Source: Actinomycetota bacterium
Lineage (GTDB): Bacteria; Actinomycetota; Acidimicrobiia; Spongiisociales; UBA4744
Assembly (NCBI GenBank): GCA_013152275.1
Contig: JAADGS010000070.1
Location: 1 to 64,000 of the forward strand
Direction: 5' to 3'
Length of the DNA stretch: 64,000 bases
Part shown: positions 44,736 to 54,594 of the stretch, in pieces
Position numbering within the stretch: the stretch's first letter is position 1
Layout of the letters: the number at the start of each line of letters is the position of its first letter
Translations under genes and position numbers: made by a program
The notes under the pieces: generated by a model
Database searches by the model: none
Seen by the model: the letters and a program-made list of their open reading frames with translations, nothing else
What the model was told of the DNA's origin: nothing

Positions 44736-46190
44736 TCAGGATTCCAGTCGTGCCGCGACGTCGCGGAGGCGGTGAAGGGTCACTTCCTTGCCGAGGATCT
44801 CGAGCGATTCGAACAGCGGAGGGCTCACCGACGATCCGGTCACGGCGACACGAACCGGCTGAAGGCCTCGACGTGCGCCAATGCCCAGATCCTCCAGCAT
44901 CGCGCGAAGCGCAGACTCGATCGCTGCGTGATCCCACTCTGCGAGACGTCCGAGGCGTTCGATCGCAGCCACCAGCACAGCCGGGGCCGTCTCATGGCCG
45001 AGCACTTTCCGCCACGACTTCTCGTCATATTCCAGTCGGTCGGTGAAGACGAAAGCGACCATCGGTGCAACTTCGGTGAGGCTCTTCACACGCTCCTGAA
45101 TCAGCGGCGAGACCTTGCGGAACCGTTCACGCTCGTCATCGGTGAGCGTCCGCCCGATCGAAACTTCCACGAAAGGAACCGCCCTCGACACGAAGCCGTC
45201 GGCATCGAGGTTTCGGATGTAGACGCCGTTCATCCACTCCAACTTCGCCGGATCGAAGACGGCCGGGTTCTTGGAAACGTCGGCAAGGTCGAATCGCTCG
45301 ACGGCCTGCTCCTTCGTGAACACCGTGACGTCCGGTTCGTAGGACCACCCGAGCAGCGCGAGGTAGTTGAACATCGCTTCCGGAAGGATCCCCCGGTCCC
45401 TGTATGCCTGCACGGAGACGTCACCATGACGCTTGGAGAGTTTCTTCCCGTCCGGACCGAACAGCAGCGGCAGGTGGGCGTATGTCGCAACAGGTGCGCC
45501 CATCGCCTTCGTGATGAGGATGTGCTTCGGAGTGGAAGAGAGCAGGTCCTCACCCCGCACGACATGGGTGATCCCGTAATCGACGTCGTCGACCGTCGAT
45601 GCCAGGTGGTAGGTGGGTGATCCGTCGGATCGCAACAGGATGAAATCGTCCACGTCCGCATGGTCGAATCGCATCTCGCCACGCACGAGATCCTGAAACC
45701 GGGTCTCACCGGGGCGCGGGACGGCCAGCCGCAATGCCGACGCCTCTCCGGAGTCCTTGCGCTGCGCGGCTTCCTCGGGGTCGATCAGCCGGCAGACGCC
45801 GTCGTACCCCGAGAACCCGCCTTGCGCCCTGGCCAACTCTCTGCGCCTCGTCAACTCGTCGGGAGTGCAGAAACACCGATACGCCTTCCCTTGATCCAAC
45901 AACGCATCGGCGACCTCCCTGTAGCGGTCGAGTCGGTCGGATTGCCGGTAGGAGCCGTGCGGGCCTCCGACGCCGACCCCTTCATCCCAGTCCAGGCCAA
46001 GCCACCTCAAGCTCTCTTGCGCATCGTCCTCGTACTCGCGGTGGGAGCGAACCGAGTCGGTGTCGTCGATCCGCACGATGAACACGCCACCCTCATGCCG
46101 TGCGAACAGCCAGTTGAAGAGCGCCGATCGGAGATTGCCGATGTGGAGGGGCCCTGTCGGTGAGGGCGCGATGCGGACACGAACGCTCAC
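44736..46190 (-). CDS. gltX: glutamate--tRNA ligase
   Basis: APSPTG, HIGN, RIDDTD, RGEDL, KLSKRHG. Confidence 0.96.
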   Translation of the reverse strand: MSVRVRIAPSPTGPLHIGNLRSALFNWLFARHEGGVFIVRIDDTDSVRSHREYEDDAQESLRWLGLDWDEGVGVGGPHGSYRQSDRLDRYREVADALLDQGKAYRCFCTPDELTRRRELARAQGGFSGYDGVCRLIDPEEAAQRKDSGEASALRLAVPRPGETRFQDLVRGEMRFDHADVDDFILLRSDGSPTYHLASTVDDVDYGITHVVRGEDLLSSTPKHILITKAMGAPVATYAHLPLLFGPDGKKLSKRHGDVSVQAYRDRGILPEAMFNYLALLGWSYEPDVTVFTKEQAVERFDLADVSKNPAVFDPAKLEWMNGVYIRNLDADGFVSRAVPFVEVSIGRTLTDDERERFRKVSPLIQERVKSLTEVAPMVAFVFTDRLEYDEKSWRKVLGHETAPAVLVAAIERLGRLAEWDHAAIESALRAMLEDLGIGARRGLQPVRVAVTGSSVSPPLFESLEILGKEVTLHRLRDVAARLES

Positions 46191-46948
46191 GAGGCCGCCA
46201 CCTGATTGGACAGAACGCCGATGCGGTCGATCTCGATATCGACTCTGTCACCGGGAAGCATCGGCCCTGCTCCGGACGGTGTGCCGGTGAGGATGACGTC
46301 CCCCGGCAGCAGCGTCATCACCTCGGAGATGAACTCGATCAGTTCATCCACACCGAACACCATGTCGGCGGTCGACCCGGACTGCCTCGTCTCTCCATTG
46401 ACCCGCGCCGACACGGCCAGACCCTCTCGAGGATCCAGCTCGGTCTCGATCGCCGGACCGAGTGGACAAAACGTGTCGAACCCTTTGCCTCGCGTCCACT
46501 GCCCGTCGCGGAGTTGCAGGTCGCGAGCCGTGACATCGTTGGCCGCGGTGTAGCCGAAGATGACCGACTCGGCCTCTTCCGCCTTGACATGATGCGCGAC
46601 ACTGCCGATCACCACCGCCAGTTCTGCCTCGTGGTGCACGTTCTTCGAGATCCGCGGATACATGATCGGGGCGCCGGGGCCGATCACCGCCGTGGCAGGC
46701 TTGAGAAACATGATCGGCTCCGAGGGAACACCGGAACCCATCTCCTCCGCGTGTGCAGCGTAGTTCTTGCCGACACAGACGATCTTCGTCGGAAAGACCG
46801 GGGCCAGGAGTTTCGCCTCTTTGTAGGGGATGATGGCGTCGGTCTGTCGCCAGGCCACGAACGGACTGCCCTCGTAGACTCGAATGCCGTCCTGTTCGGG
46901 GACGCCGTAGGCAATCCCCTCGCCGGTCTGGAGCCGCACGACCTTCAT
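46187..46948 (-). CDS. fumarylacetoacetate hydrolase family protein
   Basis: VGKNYAAH, HEAEL, NDVTARD, KGFDTF, LTGTP; usual gltX neighbour in Actinobacteria. Confidence 0.92.
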   Translation of the reverse strand: MKVVRLQTGEGIAYGVPEQDGIRVYEGSPFVAWRQTDAIIPYKEAKLLAPVFPTKIVCVGKNYAAHAEEMGSGVPSEPIMFLKPATAVIGPGAPIMYPRISKNVHHEAELAVVIGSVAHHVKAEEAESVIFGYTAANDVTARDLQLRDGQWTRGKGFDTFCPLGPAIETELDPREGLAVSARVNGETRQSGSTADMVFGVDELIEFISEVMTLLPGDVILTGTPSGAGPMLPGDRVDIEIDRIGVLSNQVAAS

Positions 46949-46991
46949 CGGTGCGACCGCTCGACGTCGCGCACGCCTGAACGACCCTGCA

Positions 46992-47483
46992 TCAGGCGGC
47001 CAGCATGTCGAGAAGCTCGGCCGGGCTCGCGGTGAGCTTCTCGTCCGGCACGGTCCGCAAGAAGGAACGGCCCTTGTCCCGTTCGTGGGCGGCATGGTCG
47101 ATCGCGGCGCGTCTGGCATCCGAAAGGACACCCGCGACTTGTCCCGGAAGACCTTCCGGACGCAACCCGAGCAGGATCAAAGCAACCTCGACATCTTCGG
47201 ACATCGGCCCCCGTCCCGCCAAAGCCGCTCTGGCGCCGGCAACCGTGGCAACGATCCGTTCGAGCGTATCCGGGCGATCGCCTCGATCGAACTCGGCGCC
47301 GCGGACGAGACGCAACACCCAGCCGGCGTCCGGACCGGGACGGCCAAACGACCCGCCCCACACCGCCTGTTCGGGGGTGGTGATCTCTCCGGGCCGCCGT
47401 TGTTTCCAGGCCGCCGCCTCAGACGCCAGACCCGGGCGAGGCAGGTCGGCGCGGTTCAGTTCGATGTTGGGTTGTTGGGCCAC
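46992..47483 (-). CDS. hypothetical protein
   Basis: SD AGGAGG then GTG; FGRPGPDAGW and GRGPMSEDVEVAL segments. Confidence 0.7.
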   Translation of the reverse strand: MAQQPNIELNRADLPRPGLASEAAAWKQRRPGEITTPEQAVWGGSFGRPGPDAGWVLRLVRGAEFDRGDRPDTLERIVATVAGARAALAGRGPMSEDVEVALILLGLRPEGLPGQVAGVLSDARRAAIDHAAHERDKGRSFLRTVPDEKLTASPAELLDMLAA

Positions 47484-47494
47484 CGGTCAGCCTC

Positions 47495-48409
47495 CTACAC
47501 GAAATCCAGCCAGTGGCGGTACCGGTCGAGTTCGCCGGTGACAGTGCCTTTGAACAACTCCTGTGCCCGCTTCGAGACAGGACCGCGCTCGCCGGCACCC
47601 ACCGACCGGCCATCGAGCTCACGAATCGGCGTCACCTCCGCGGCCGTTCCGGTGAAGAACAGCTCGTCTGCGTTGTAGAGATCACTTCTGGTGACCTCCA
47701 TCTCTGCAACGTCGTACCCGTCGTCGCGCAGGAGCTGCATCACCGTTGCGCGTGTAATCCCATCGAGGATCCCGGCGGAGACCGGCGGAGTCTTCACCTC
47801 CCCGCGGCGCACCAGGAAGAGGTTCTCTCCGGAGCCCTCCGCCACGAACCCGCGCATATTGAGCAGGATGGCTTCGTCATACCCGTCTCGAACGGCCTCG
47901 CGTTTCGCGAGCACACTGTTCATGTAGCCGCCCGTCCCCTTCGCGTTTGGCACGAACGCCTGATGGTCGAGCCGCCGCCACGACGACACCCGCACTCGAA
48001 TACCGCGCCGGAGCCCCTCCTCTCCGAGGTACGCACCCCAACGCCATGCGGCGATCGCGGTGCGGGTCGGAACTCCGGTCGGGTTGAGACCGAGCGACCC
48101 CGTCCCGAGATACACCAGCGGACGGATGTAGGCGGATTCGAGCTCGTTCTCTCTGACCACCAGCCGTGCGGCTTCCATGAGCTGATCGACCGTCCACTCC
48201 AACTCGAGGCCGTAGGCCCGTGCCGAACTGTGGAGACGCTCCATGTGCTCCCTGTGGCGGAACACGGCAGTGCCATCGGGAGTCTCGTAGGCACGGATGC
48301 CCTCGAAGACCCCGGTGCCGTAGTGCAGTGCATGAGCGAGAACATGGACGGTGGCCTTCTCCCATGGAACAAGCTCGCCGTCCATCCAGACAAACCGTGA
48401 CGTATCCAT
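47495..48409 (-). CDS. ilvE: branched-chain amino acid aminotransferase
   Basis: LHYGTGVFEGIRAY, YIRP, AEGSGENLF, LDGITR, TGTAAEV. Confidence 0.95.
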   Translation of the reverse strand: MDTSRFVWMDGELVPWEKATVHVLAHALHYGTGVFEGIRAYETPDGTAVFRHREHMERLHSSARAYGLELEWTVDQLMEAARLVVRENELESAYIRPLVYLGTGSLGLNPTGVPTRTAIAAWRWGAYLGEEGLRRGIRVRVSSWRRLDHQAFVPNAKGTGGYMNSVLAKREAVRDGYDEAILLNMRGFVAEGSGENLFLVRRGEVKTPPVSAGILDGITRATVMQLLRDDGYDVAEMEVTRSDLYNADELFFTGTAAEVTPIRELDGRSVGAGERGPVSKRAQELFKGTVTGELDRYRHWLDFV

Positions 48410-48565
48410 GTCCCTAGTTTTGCAGATCGCGGGCCGTCGGGTGTCGGCCGCGCCTGCCGATGCCGGATCGGAGACATCCACACCCGATCCCGAACCTGTC
48501 CGATCCCGACCGATGAGCTATATCCGGTTCGTCGCAGGCCCGACGCCCCGGGCTACGCTGACGGG

Positions 48566-49012
48566 ATGCATCGGTTCGTCGCATCCTGGTTCGGTTCCGG
48601 GCTCATACTCAGACGACTTCGGGGTTCCGATGCAGGTTCGGGAACGGTCGCTTCGGTGGTGACCCTGGTCATTGCCCTCCTCCTGCATCCATTCGGGTGG
48701 GGTGTGCAACTCGCAGCCGCACTGGCCGTCACCGCGCTCGCCCTCTGGTCTGCCGGCCCGTTCGCCGAAGGAGACCCCGGATGGGTCGTCGCCGACGAGG
48801 CCGCCGGCATGCTGTGGGCCACGATTGGCCTCGGAGGATGGGCGGCGGTCGTCGCGTTCGTCGTGTTCCGTGTCGCCGACATCACCAAGCGATTCCCCGG
48901 CGTCTCCGAAGCGGAACGCCTACCCGGCGCGCTGGGAGTCACCGCGGACGACATCATCGCCGGCCTCTACGGACTCGCCGCCGGATGGGCGCTCTTCGCC
49001 ATCCTGGCGTGA
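48566..49012 (+). CDS. pgpA: phosphatidylglycerophosphatase A
   Basis: GSG...GTVAS, DPGWVVADE, FRVADITK, GVTADDIIAG. Confidence 0.85.
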   Translation: MHRFVASWFGSGLILRRLRGSDAGSGTVASVVTLVIALLLHPFGWGVQLAAALAVTALALWSAGPFAEGDPGWVVADEAAGMLWATIGLGGWAAVVAFVVFRVADITKRFPGVSEAERLPGALGVTADDIIAGLYGLAAGWALFAILA

Positions 49013-49062
49013 CGACGTGTCGGCTCCACCCGCTCCGGTTCGGGAGAGAGACTCGACGGCGG

Positions 49063-50652
49063 TCAGTGCAGATCCAGTTCGACGGCGACCGCCTCGCCGA
49101 CACCGCGCATGGCCCGCAATCCGTCCAGTTCCGTATCCGACATGCTGCGGTCGACGCTCAGCGCCATCAACGCGATCCCCGGCTGATCCTGTGATCGTCC
49201 CAAAACCATATCCGCAATGTTGATGTCGAGTTCTCCGAGGAGGGTACCGACCCTGCCGATCATCCCCGGGATGTCCTGGTTACGGATGATCAACAGGTGA
49301 CTTGCCAGCGGAAGCTCGAGCGCAAACCCGAGTATCCCGGCGATGAGCGGGCCCCGACCGACCGTGCCGGCAACGGAGATCGCGCGACCGGCCACCATCC
49401 CTGAAACCCGAAACACCGACTGATACCCGCGAGCCTCTTCAGAAGACTCCTCCTCCACCCTGACGCCTCGATCCGCCGCCATCGCGGGAGCGTTGACATA
49501 GGAGACCGGTGCATCGCTGCTCCCGGCGAGCGCCCCTTTGAGCACTCCAAGGCGCAGGGGACGAATCGGGTATCCGCCGAGTCGCCCTTCGGCTCGTATC
49601 GTGAGGACGCGCGGAAGGCCACCGGCGAGCGCCACGAACACCTTGCCGAGATGTTCGGCAACTGCCAGGAACCGCCGCACTTCATCCGAGATGTCCTGGC
49701 CGAGATCGACGTTGACCGCCGAGAGCACGAGTTCACCGTTGAGCGCAGCCACGACTGCTTCGGCGACGTCGGTGGCCGCACGATCCTGGGCTTCGCGCGT
49801 CGAAGCTCCAAGATGCGGCGTGAGTACGACCTGAGGTAGCTCGAACAACGGACTGTTACGCAGCGGCTCCGACGCGTACACGTCGAGGGCGGCACCGGCG
49901 ACCTTGCCCGATCTCACTGCGTCCGCCAGTGCCTCCTCGTCGATGATCCCGCCTCGAGATGTGTTGACGATCCGCACACCGTCCCGCATGAGTGCCAAGA
50001 GGTCGGCTCCGATCAGTCCTTCCGTCTCCCTCGTCCGGGGAAGGTGCACCGTGATGAAATCGGCTTCCGCGCACAACCCTGCCAAATCGGCGGAGAGCTC
50101 GACCCCGACGCGGGATGCCCTGGCGGGCAGAACGTAGGGGTCATACCCGATGAGCCGCATCCCGAACGCCGCCGCCCTCTTGGCAACCAGCGTTCCGATG
50201 TTGCCCAGCCCGATGATGCCGAGGGTCTTGCCGTGCACTTCGACGCCCCGGAACCGCTTTCGGTCCCATGATCCGCTCCGCAACGCGGCATCTGCCTGGG
50301 CGATATTGCGTGCCTGGGCCAGCAGGAGAGCCATGGTGTGCTCGGCGGCCGATATGGTGTTTGCCTGCGGGGCGTTGACGACGAGAACGCCTGCTCGGGT
50401 CGCGGCCTCCAGATCGATATTGTCCACGCCGATCCCCGCACGGCCGATGACTCGCAGCTTGGAAGCTGCCTCGATCATTCCCGCATCGACCCGGGTGGCG
50501 GAGCGAACAACAAGCGCGTCTGCCTCTCGGAGACGCCGTATGAGCTCCTCGTGATCCGCCTCGGTGGCCAGATCCACCTCGGCGTTGACGGCCAACAGTT
50601 GCAACCCTGCATCCGCTATGGGCTCTGCGACGACGATCTTCACAGCCGACAT
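49063..50652 (-). CDS. serA: D-3-phosphoglycerate dehydrogenase
   Basis: VRSAT, RAGIGVDNID, GLGNIG, PHLGAST, C-terminal ACT; start 50652 or 50643. Confidence 0.95.
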   Translation of the reverse strand: MSAVKIVVAEPIADAGLQLLAVNAEVDLATEADHEELIRRLREADALVVRSATRVDAGMIEAASKLRVIGRAGIGVDNIDLEAATRAGVLVVNAPQANTISAAEHTMALLLAQARNIAQADAALRSGSWDRKRFRGVEVHGKTLGIIGLGNIGTLVAKRAAAFGMRLIGYDPYVLPARASRVGVELSADLAGLCAEADFITVHLPRTRETEGLIGADLLALMRDGVRIVNTSRGGIIDEEALADAVRSGKVAGAALDVYASEPLRNSPLFELPQVVLTPHLGASTREAQDRAATDVAEAVVAALNGELVLSAVNVDLGQDISDEVRRFLAVAEHLGKVFVALAGGLPRVLTIRAEGRLGGYPIRPLRLGVLKGALAGSSDAPVSYVNAPAMAADRGVRVEEESSEEARGYQSVFRVSGMVAGRAISVAGTVGRGPLIAGILGFALELPLASHLLIIRNQDIPGMIGRVGTLLGELDINIADMVLGRSQDQPGIALMALSVDRSMSDTELDGLRAMRGVGEAVAVELDLH

Positions 50653-50708
50653 TGTTGCCGTTTGAAGCCACAAAACCAACATCGTGGCCGGCGATGCCAT
50701 AGAGTTGG

Positions 50709-50722
50709 GTGAGAAAACTCAC
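50709..50722. promoter_or_regulatory. palindrome GTGAG-AAAA-CTCAC (CRP/Rex-like operator candidate)
   Basis: between TAGAGT -10 and SD of the usp gene. Confidence 0.4.
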
Positions 50723-50734
50723 TGGAGGTGGCGT

Positions 50735-51181
50735 ATGAAGACATGGGCTCCCAAGATCATCGTTGCGGCAACCGACGGCTCCGAAGGCAGTGTTCGAGCT
50801 TCACAGGTGGCAGCCAACATCGCCCGGGCATGGGGTTCCAAGCTCCTGCTCGTCACCGTGGTACGCCCTCCTGAGGGGTGGTGGGGCATCGGCGGCGCCC
50901 CTCCGACCGCCACCGCTCTCACCAAGGCGCTGGACGAGGCGCAACAGGAAGCACTCGACTCGACGCTCGACGCTCTCGACCTCGACGACGTCGACTATGA
51001 GACGGTCGAGGAGCTGGGCGATCCGGCTGCGACGATCGTCAGTTTCTGCGAGCAGAACAACGCCGATCTACTCGTCATCGGCCGTCGCGGTGCCGGGTTG
51101 ATCGAACGCTTCATCCTGGGATCGGTTGCCGACCGTCTCGTCCACTATGCGCCGTGCCCGGTCATGGTCGTGCCGTTGTAG
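50735..51181 (+). CDS. universal stress protein
   Basis: ATDGS, GDPA, IGRRGAG...LGSVA, APCPVMVV. Confidence 0.92.
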   Translation: MKTWAPKIIVAATDGSEGSVRASQVAANIARAWGSKLLLVTVVRPPEGWWGIGGAPPTATALTKALDEAQQEALDSTLDALDLDDVDYETVEELGDPAATIVSFCEQNNADLLVIGRRGAGLIERFILGSVADRLVHYAPCPVMVVPL

Positions 51182-51182
51182 C

Positions 51183-52556
51183 TCAGAACATCACAAACCG
51201 GAGCTCGGTCATCTCCTGCACGGCGTAGGCGGGGCCCTCCCTCGTGTTCCCCGACTGTTTCACGCCTCCGTATGGCTGCTGATCCGCACGGTAGGTCGGC
51301 ACTTCGTTGATCAGGACGCTCCCGAAGTGCAACGCCCGTACTGCCCGCAGTGCTTTGCCCAGATCGTTCGTGAAGACGCCTGCGTTGAGCCCGAAATCGG
51401 TGGCGTTGGCGATCCCGATGGCCTCATCGAACGTCTCGTAGCCGATCGTCACGACCACAGGGCCGAACACTTCCTTCGTACACAGATCCGTGTCGAGTGG
51501 AGCGTCGGCCACCACGGTCGGTCGCAGCAGGCCGCTCTCGACGTTGCCACCCGCCACGAGCCTCGCCCCCTCCGCGACTGCAGCCTGAATCCATCGCAAC
51601 ACGCGTTCGGTCTCCGCCGCATCGATCAGCGGGCCGACATCCGTCGCCTCGTCCAGTGGATCGCCGACGACGAGGGAATCGACGGCTTTCGCGAGAAGAT
51701 GTTCGAGCGCATCCTTGACGTCCCTGTGGACGAGAATGCGCTGTGTGGAGATGCAGCTCTGTCCTGCATGGGAGAAGCCTGCGGTTCGCACCGCCGAAGC
51801 CACCCTGTCCAGGTCGACGCCCGGTTCGACGATCAGCGGTGAGCTCGAGCCAAGCTCCAACGACACCTTCTTGTGCGGGGCGCGTGCCCGGATCTGCCAT
51901 CCGGCGGCCGGGCTTCCCGTGAACGAGATCAGCGCGGGGATCGGATGATCGACGAGGGCGCCGCCAACGGTCGCCCCTGGACCGGTGACGACCGTGATCC
52001 AGTCCGACGGAAGGCCGGCTTCGATCAAGAGATCCACGAGAGCGATCGCCGACAGCGGCGTCGCCGATGCCGGTTTCAACACGACCGGACAGCCGGCGGC
52101 AATCGCCGGACCCACCTTGTGGGCGACCAGGTTGAGGGGGAAGTTGAACGGGCTGATCGCGGCCACGACCCCGATCGGCACCCGCATCGCAAAGCCGATC
52201 CGCCCTTCCCCGGCTTGGGACGCTTCCATCGGAACCATCTCTCCGGTGAACGTGCGTGCCACCGCGGCAGAGAACGTCAGCGTGTCGACGGCTCGCATCG
52301 CCTCCGCCGTTGCCGTCCTGATCGGCTTGCCGGATTCCCTGGCAATCACCTCTCCAAACTCGCGAACACGGCCTCTGAGCAGTCCCGCCGCCTGTTCGAG
52401 AACACGCGCTCTCGCGTGCCTGGGGAAATCGTCACGTGCAAGCACCGCCGCCGCAGTCCGACACGCGGCATCGACGTCGTTCGCATCGCACAAGGGGACG
52501 GTGCCCACGACCTCACCGTCGTACGGGTTTCGAACCTCGATGACATCGCTCTTCAT
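51183..52556 (-). CDS. NAD(P)-dependent aldehyde dehydrogenase
   Basis: SPFNFP, FTGS, LELG, GQSCIS, EVFGP, PYGGVKQSG. Confidence 0.92.
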   Translation of the reverse strand: MKSDVIEVRNPYDGEVVGTVPLCDANDVDAACRTAAAVLARDDFPRHARARVLEQAAGLLRGRVREFGEVIARESGKPIRTATAEAMRAVDTLTFSAAVARTFTGEMVPMEASQAGEGRIGFAMRVPIGVVAAISPFNFPLNLVAHKVGPAIAAGCPVVLKPASATPLSAIALVDLLIEAGLPSDWITVVTGPGATVGGALVDHPIPALISFTGSPAAGWQIRARAPHKKVSLELGSSSPLIVEPGVDLDRVASAVRTAGFSHAGQSCISTQRILVHRDVKDALEHLLAKAVDSLVVGDPLDEATDVGPLIDAAETERVLRWIQAAVAEGARLVAGGNVESGLLRPTVVADAPLDTDLCTKEVFGPVVVTIGYETFDEAIGIANATDFGLNAGVFTNDLGKALRAVRALHFGSVLINEVPTYRADQQPYGGVKQSGNTREGPAYAVQEMTELRFVMF

Positions 52557-52729
52557 CGCTTGACCGCCCTCAGCAGCGCCAGCGACAGCAGCCCGAATAC
52601 CAATCCCGCGGCGAGAAGACTCACCGCGGCGGGCATGTCCTCCGCTCCAACCGCGTGAACGACCGCCAGCCATCCTGTAACCAGCCCCGAAAGCACGGCA
52701 AACCATGCCGCAGTACCTAGTGCGCGCAT
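52553..52729 (-). CDS. small two-TM hypothetical protein
   Basis: SD GAGGAG; two hydrophobic helices; stop overlaps ALDH start (ATGA). Confidence 0.65.
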   Translation of the reverse strand: MRALGTAAWFAVLSGLVTGWLAVVHAVGAEDMPAAVSLLAAGLVFGLLSLALLRAVKR

Positions 52730-52784
52730 CTCTCTCCTCTCGTCACCCTGAAGCTTGGCACACACACGCTCTTCGCGTCACGGC

Positions 52785-52833
52785 GAACCCAGGGCTCGTA
52801 GGGGTCGTGACGACCCCCCTGAGCCCTGGGTTC
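52785..52833. terminator. long compound hairpin at 3' end of tupA
   Basis: GAACCCAGGGCTC / GAGCCCTGGGTTC outer 13 bp, inner GGGGTCG-tga-CGACCCC. Confidence 0.6.
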
Positions 52834-53620
52834 AAGAGTTTGCGTCGGTGGGCTCGTACACGATCGTGCCGAAGAGCTCCCGGTCGACCCGTCTCTCCGC
52901 TGCACGGCCATCCGGTGAGAGCAGCCACTCGGCAAGGTCGGCGGCCGCTCCACGATTCGAGGCGTGTGCCACGACGATGAGGTGATACGGGTTGACGAGC
53001 CGCGGATCGTCCGACGACACCGGCACGAGCGAAAGTGTCGGCGCGGCGGCCAGATACGCGCCGAGCTCCGCGAGTGTTGCGGCGTTCCGTTGATCAGCGA
53101 CCTGCAGCGTGAATCCCATGCCCTGACCGGTTTCGATATACCAGGGGCGGCCCGTCGGATCGATCCCCGCGTCTCGCCACAACTCGATCTCCTTCGCGTT
53201 GGTGCCGGAGCCGTCGGCACGGGTGACGAACGGGAAGGACCGCCGCGCGATCGCGCGCAGAATCTCCTCGGGTGGACCGGACAGCCCGGAATCGGGAGGG
53301 GCCACGATCACGAATCTGGAGTCGATGAACGGTGCGTACCGAAACGCCAGCCCCTCATCGACAAACCGGCGCTCCTGATCGGGAGCGTGGGTGATGAGCA
53401 GGTCGGCGGATTCGCGCCGCCCCAACTCGAGCACCCGACTCGTTGCATCGCCGACGACGCTCACCTCGATTCCCGGATGCTCGGACTCGTAGATGTCGAT
53501 CACCGCATCGAGGAAGCCGGAGTCGACCACGGTCGTACCGGCGGCGACGATCACCCGGTCTCCTCCTGCGCACCCCACGAGCAGAGCCGCAATCATCACA
53601 GCGACGAGCGCCCGCCTCAT
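52832..53620 (-). CDS. tupA: tungstate-type ABC transporter substrate-binding lipoprotein (TupA-like)
   Basis: lipobox LVGC, DSGFL, ITHAP, FVTRADGSGT, ETGQGMG, NPYH. Confidence 0.8.
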   Translation of the reverse strand: MRRALVAVMIAALLVGCAGGDRVIVAAGTTVVDSGFLDAVIDIYESEHPGIEVSVVGDATSRVLELGRRESADLLITHAPDQERRFVDEGLAFRYAPFIDSRFVIVAPPDSGLSGPPEEILRAIARRSFPFVTRADGSGTNAKEIELWRDAGIDPTGRPWYIETGQGMGFTLQVADQRNAATLAELGAYLAAAPTLSLVPVSSDDPRLVNPYHLIVVAHASNRGAAADLAEWLLSPDGRAAERRVDRELFGTIVYEPTDANS

Positions 53621-54594
53621 GTCGGAACGATTCGAACCGCGGTGGCCTTCACGGCAACGGTCACCTCGGATCCGGAGTGAAGGTCGAGCATCGCCTGCGC
53701 ACCCGGCGTGATGAGCGCGACGACTCTGACACCGACGTCGACGACGACTTCGATGAGCCGATCCACCTGCCGAAGGTCGACGACCCTGCCGCGCCAGTGG
53801 TTTTGTGCAGATCCGGTTTTTGCCGCCCCCCCATAGATCGTTACGGCCTCCGCTCCGAACAGTGCCCTGGCGGACGAGCCCGAAGGCAGCGAACCCATGC
53901 CCCACACCTCGACGCTTCCAAGGTCGAGGGCAACGAGCGGATGGACCGAACCCGACGTGCGACCTTCGAGAACGTTCGCCGTGCCGATCACCGACGCCAC
54001 CCTCTCTGTGGCAGGGAGAGCGAAGACCTCCGAGACCGGGCCGACCTGCTGGATGGCCCCATCGATCATCACCGCCACCGAATCTCCCATCGCAACCGCC
54101 ACGTCACGGTCGTGGGTCACGATGACCACTCCACGATCGTCGAGCGCCGCCACGAGCTCGTGGGCGACATCCATGCGATCTCGCACGTCGAGCGCCGCCA
54201 GAGGCTCGTCGAGCAGAACCCACGGCTCCGGTCGGGCAATCGTGCGTGCAAGGACGAGACGCTGACGCTCTCCCCCACTCAACGTGCCCGACGGACGCCT
54301 GAGCACCTCCGGTGCAAGTCCGAACCGCTCGACCAGTTGCCGGGCACGCGCCGCCTGCTCACTCGACAGCCCCAGTCCGAGGTTGTGTCCTGCGCTTCCA
54401 CGGAAGAGGTACGGACGTTGAGGAAGGTAGGCGGTCTCGAGAGCAGGGCCCGGCAGCCGTCCGGCCAGCATTCGCAGCAGGGTCGTCTTGCCGGCGCCGT
54501 TCGGGCCGAAGATCACCGCTTTTCCGTTCGGGTCGAGGATCAGCTCGGGAACGGTGACGACAGACCCGTACCGCAAGTTCGTCAGTACCTTCAC
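53617..54594 (-). CDS. oxyanion ABC transporter ATPase with TOBE domains (TupC-like)
   Basis: GPNGAGKTT, LSGGERQR, DEP, VKATAV; GTG 54594 overlaps permease stop. Confidence 0.85.
   Translation of the reverse strand: MKVLTNLRYGSVVTVPELILDPNGKAVIFGPNGAGKTTLLRMLAGRLPGPALETAYLPQRPYLFRGSAGHNLGLGLSSEQAARARQLVERFGLAPEVLRRPSGTLSGGERQRLVLARTIARPEPWVLLDEPLAALDVRDRMDVAHELVAALDDRGVVIVTHDRDVAVAMGDSVAVMIDGAIQQVGPVSEVFALPATERVASVIGTANVLEGRTSGSVHPLVALDLGSVEVWGMGSLPSGSSARALFGAEAVTIYGGAAKTGSAQNHWRGRVVDLRQVDRLIEVVVDVGVRVVALITPGAQAMLDLHSGSEVTVAVKATAVRIVPT

Noticed and set aside
48483..48511. CCGATCCCGA repeated twice in the ilvE/pgpA intergenic region
   Set aside because: Short GC-rich two-copy match with no recognisable motif; no attenuator or T-box features seen
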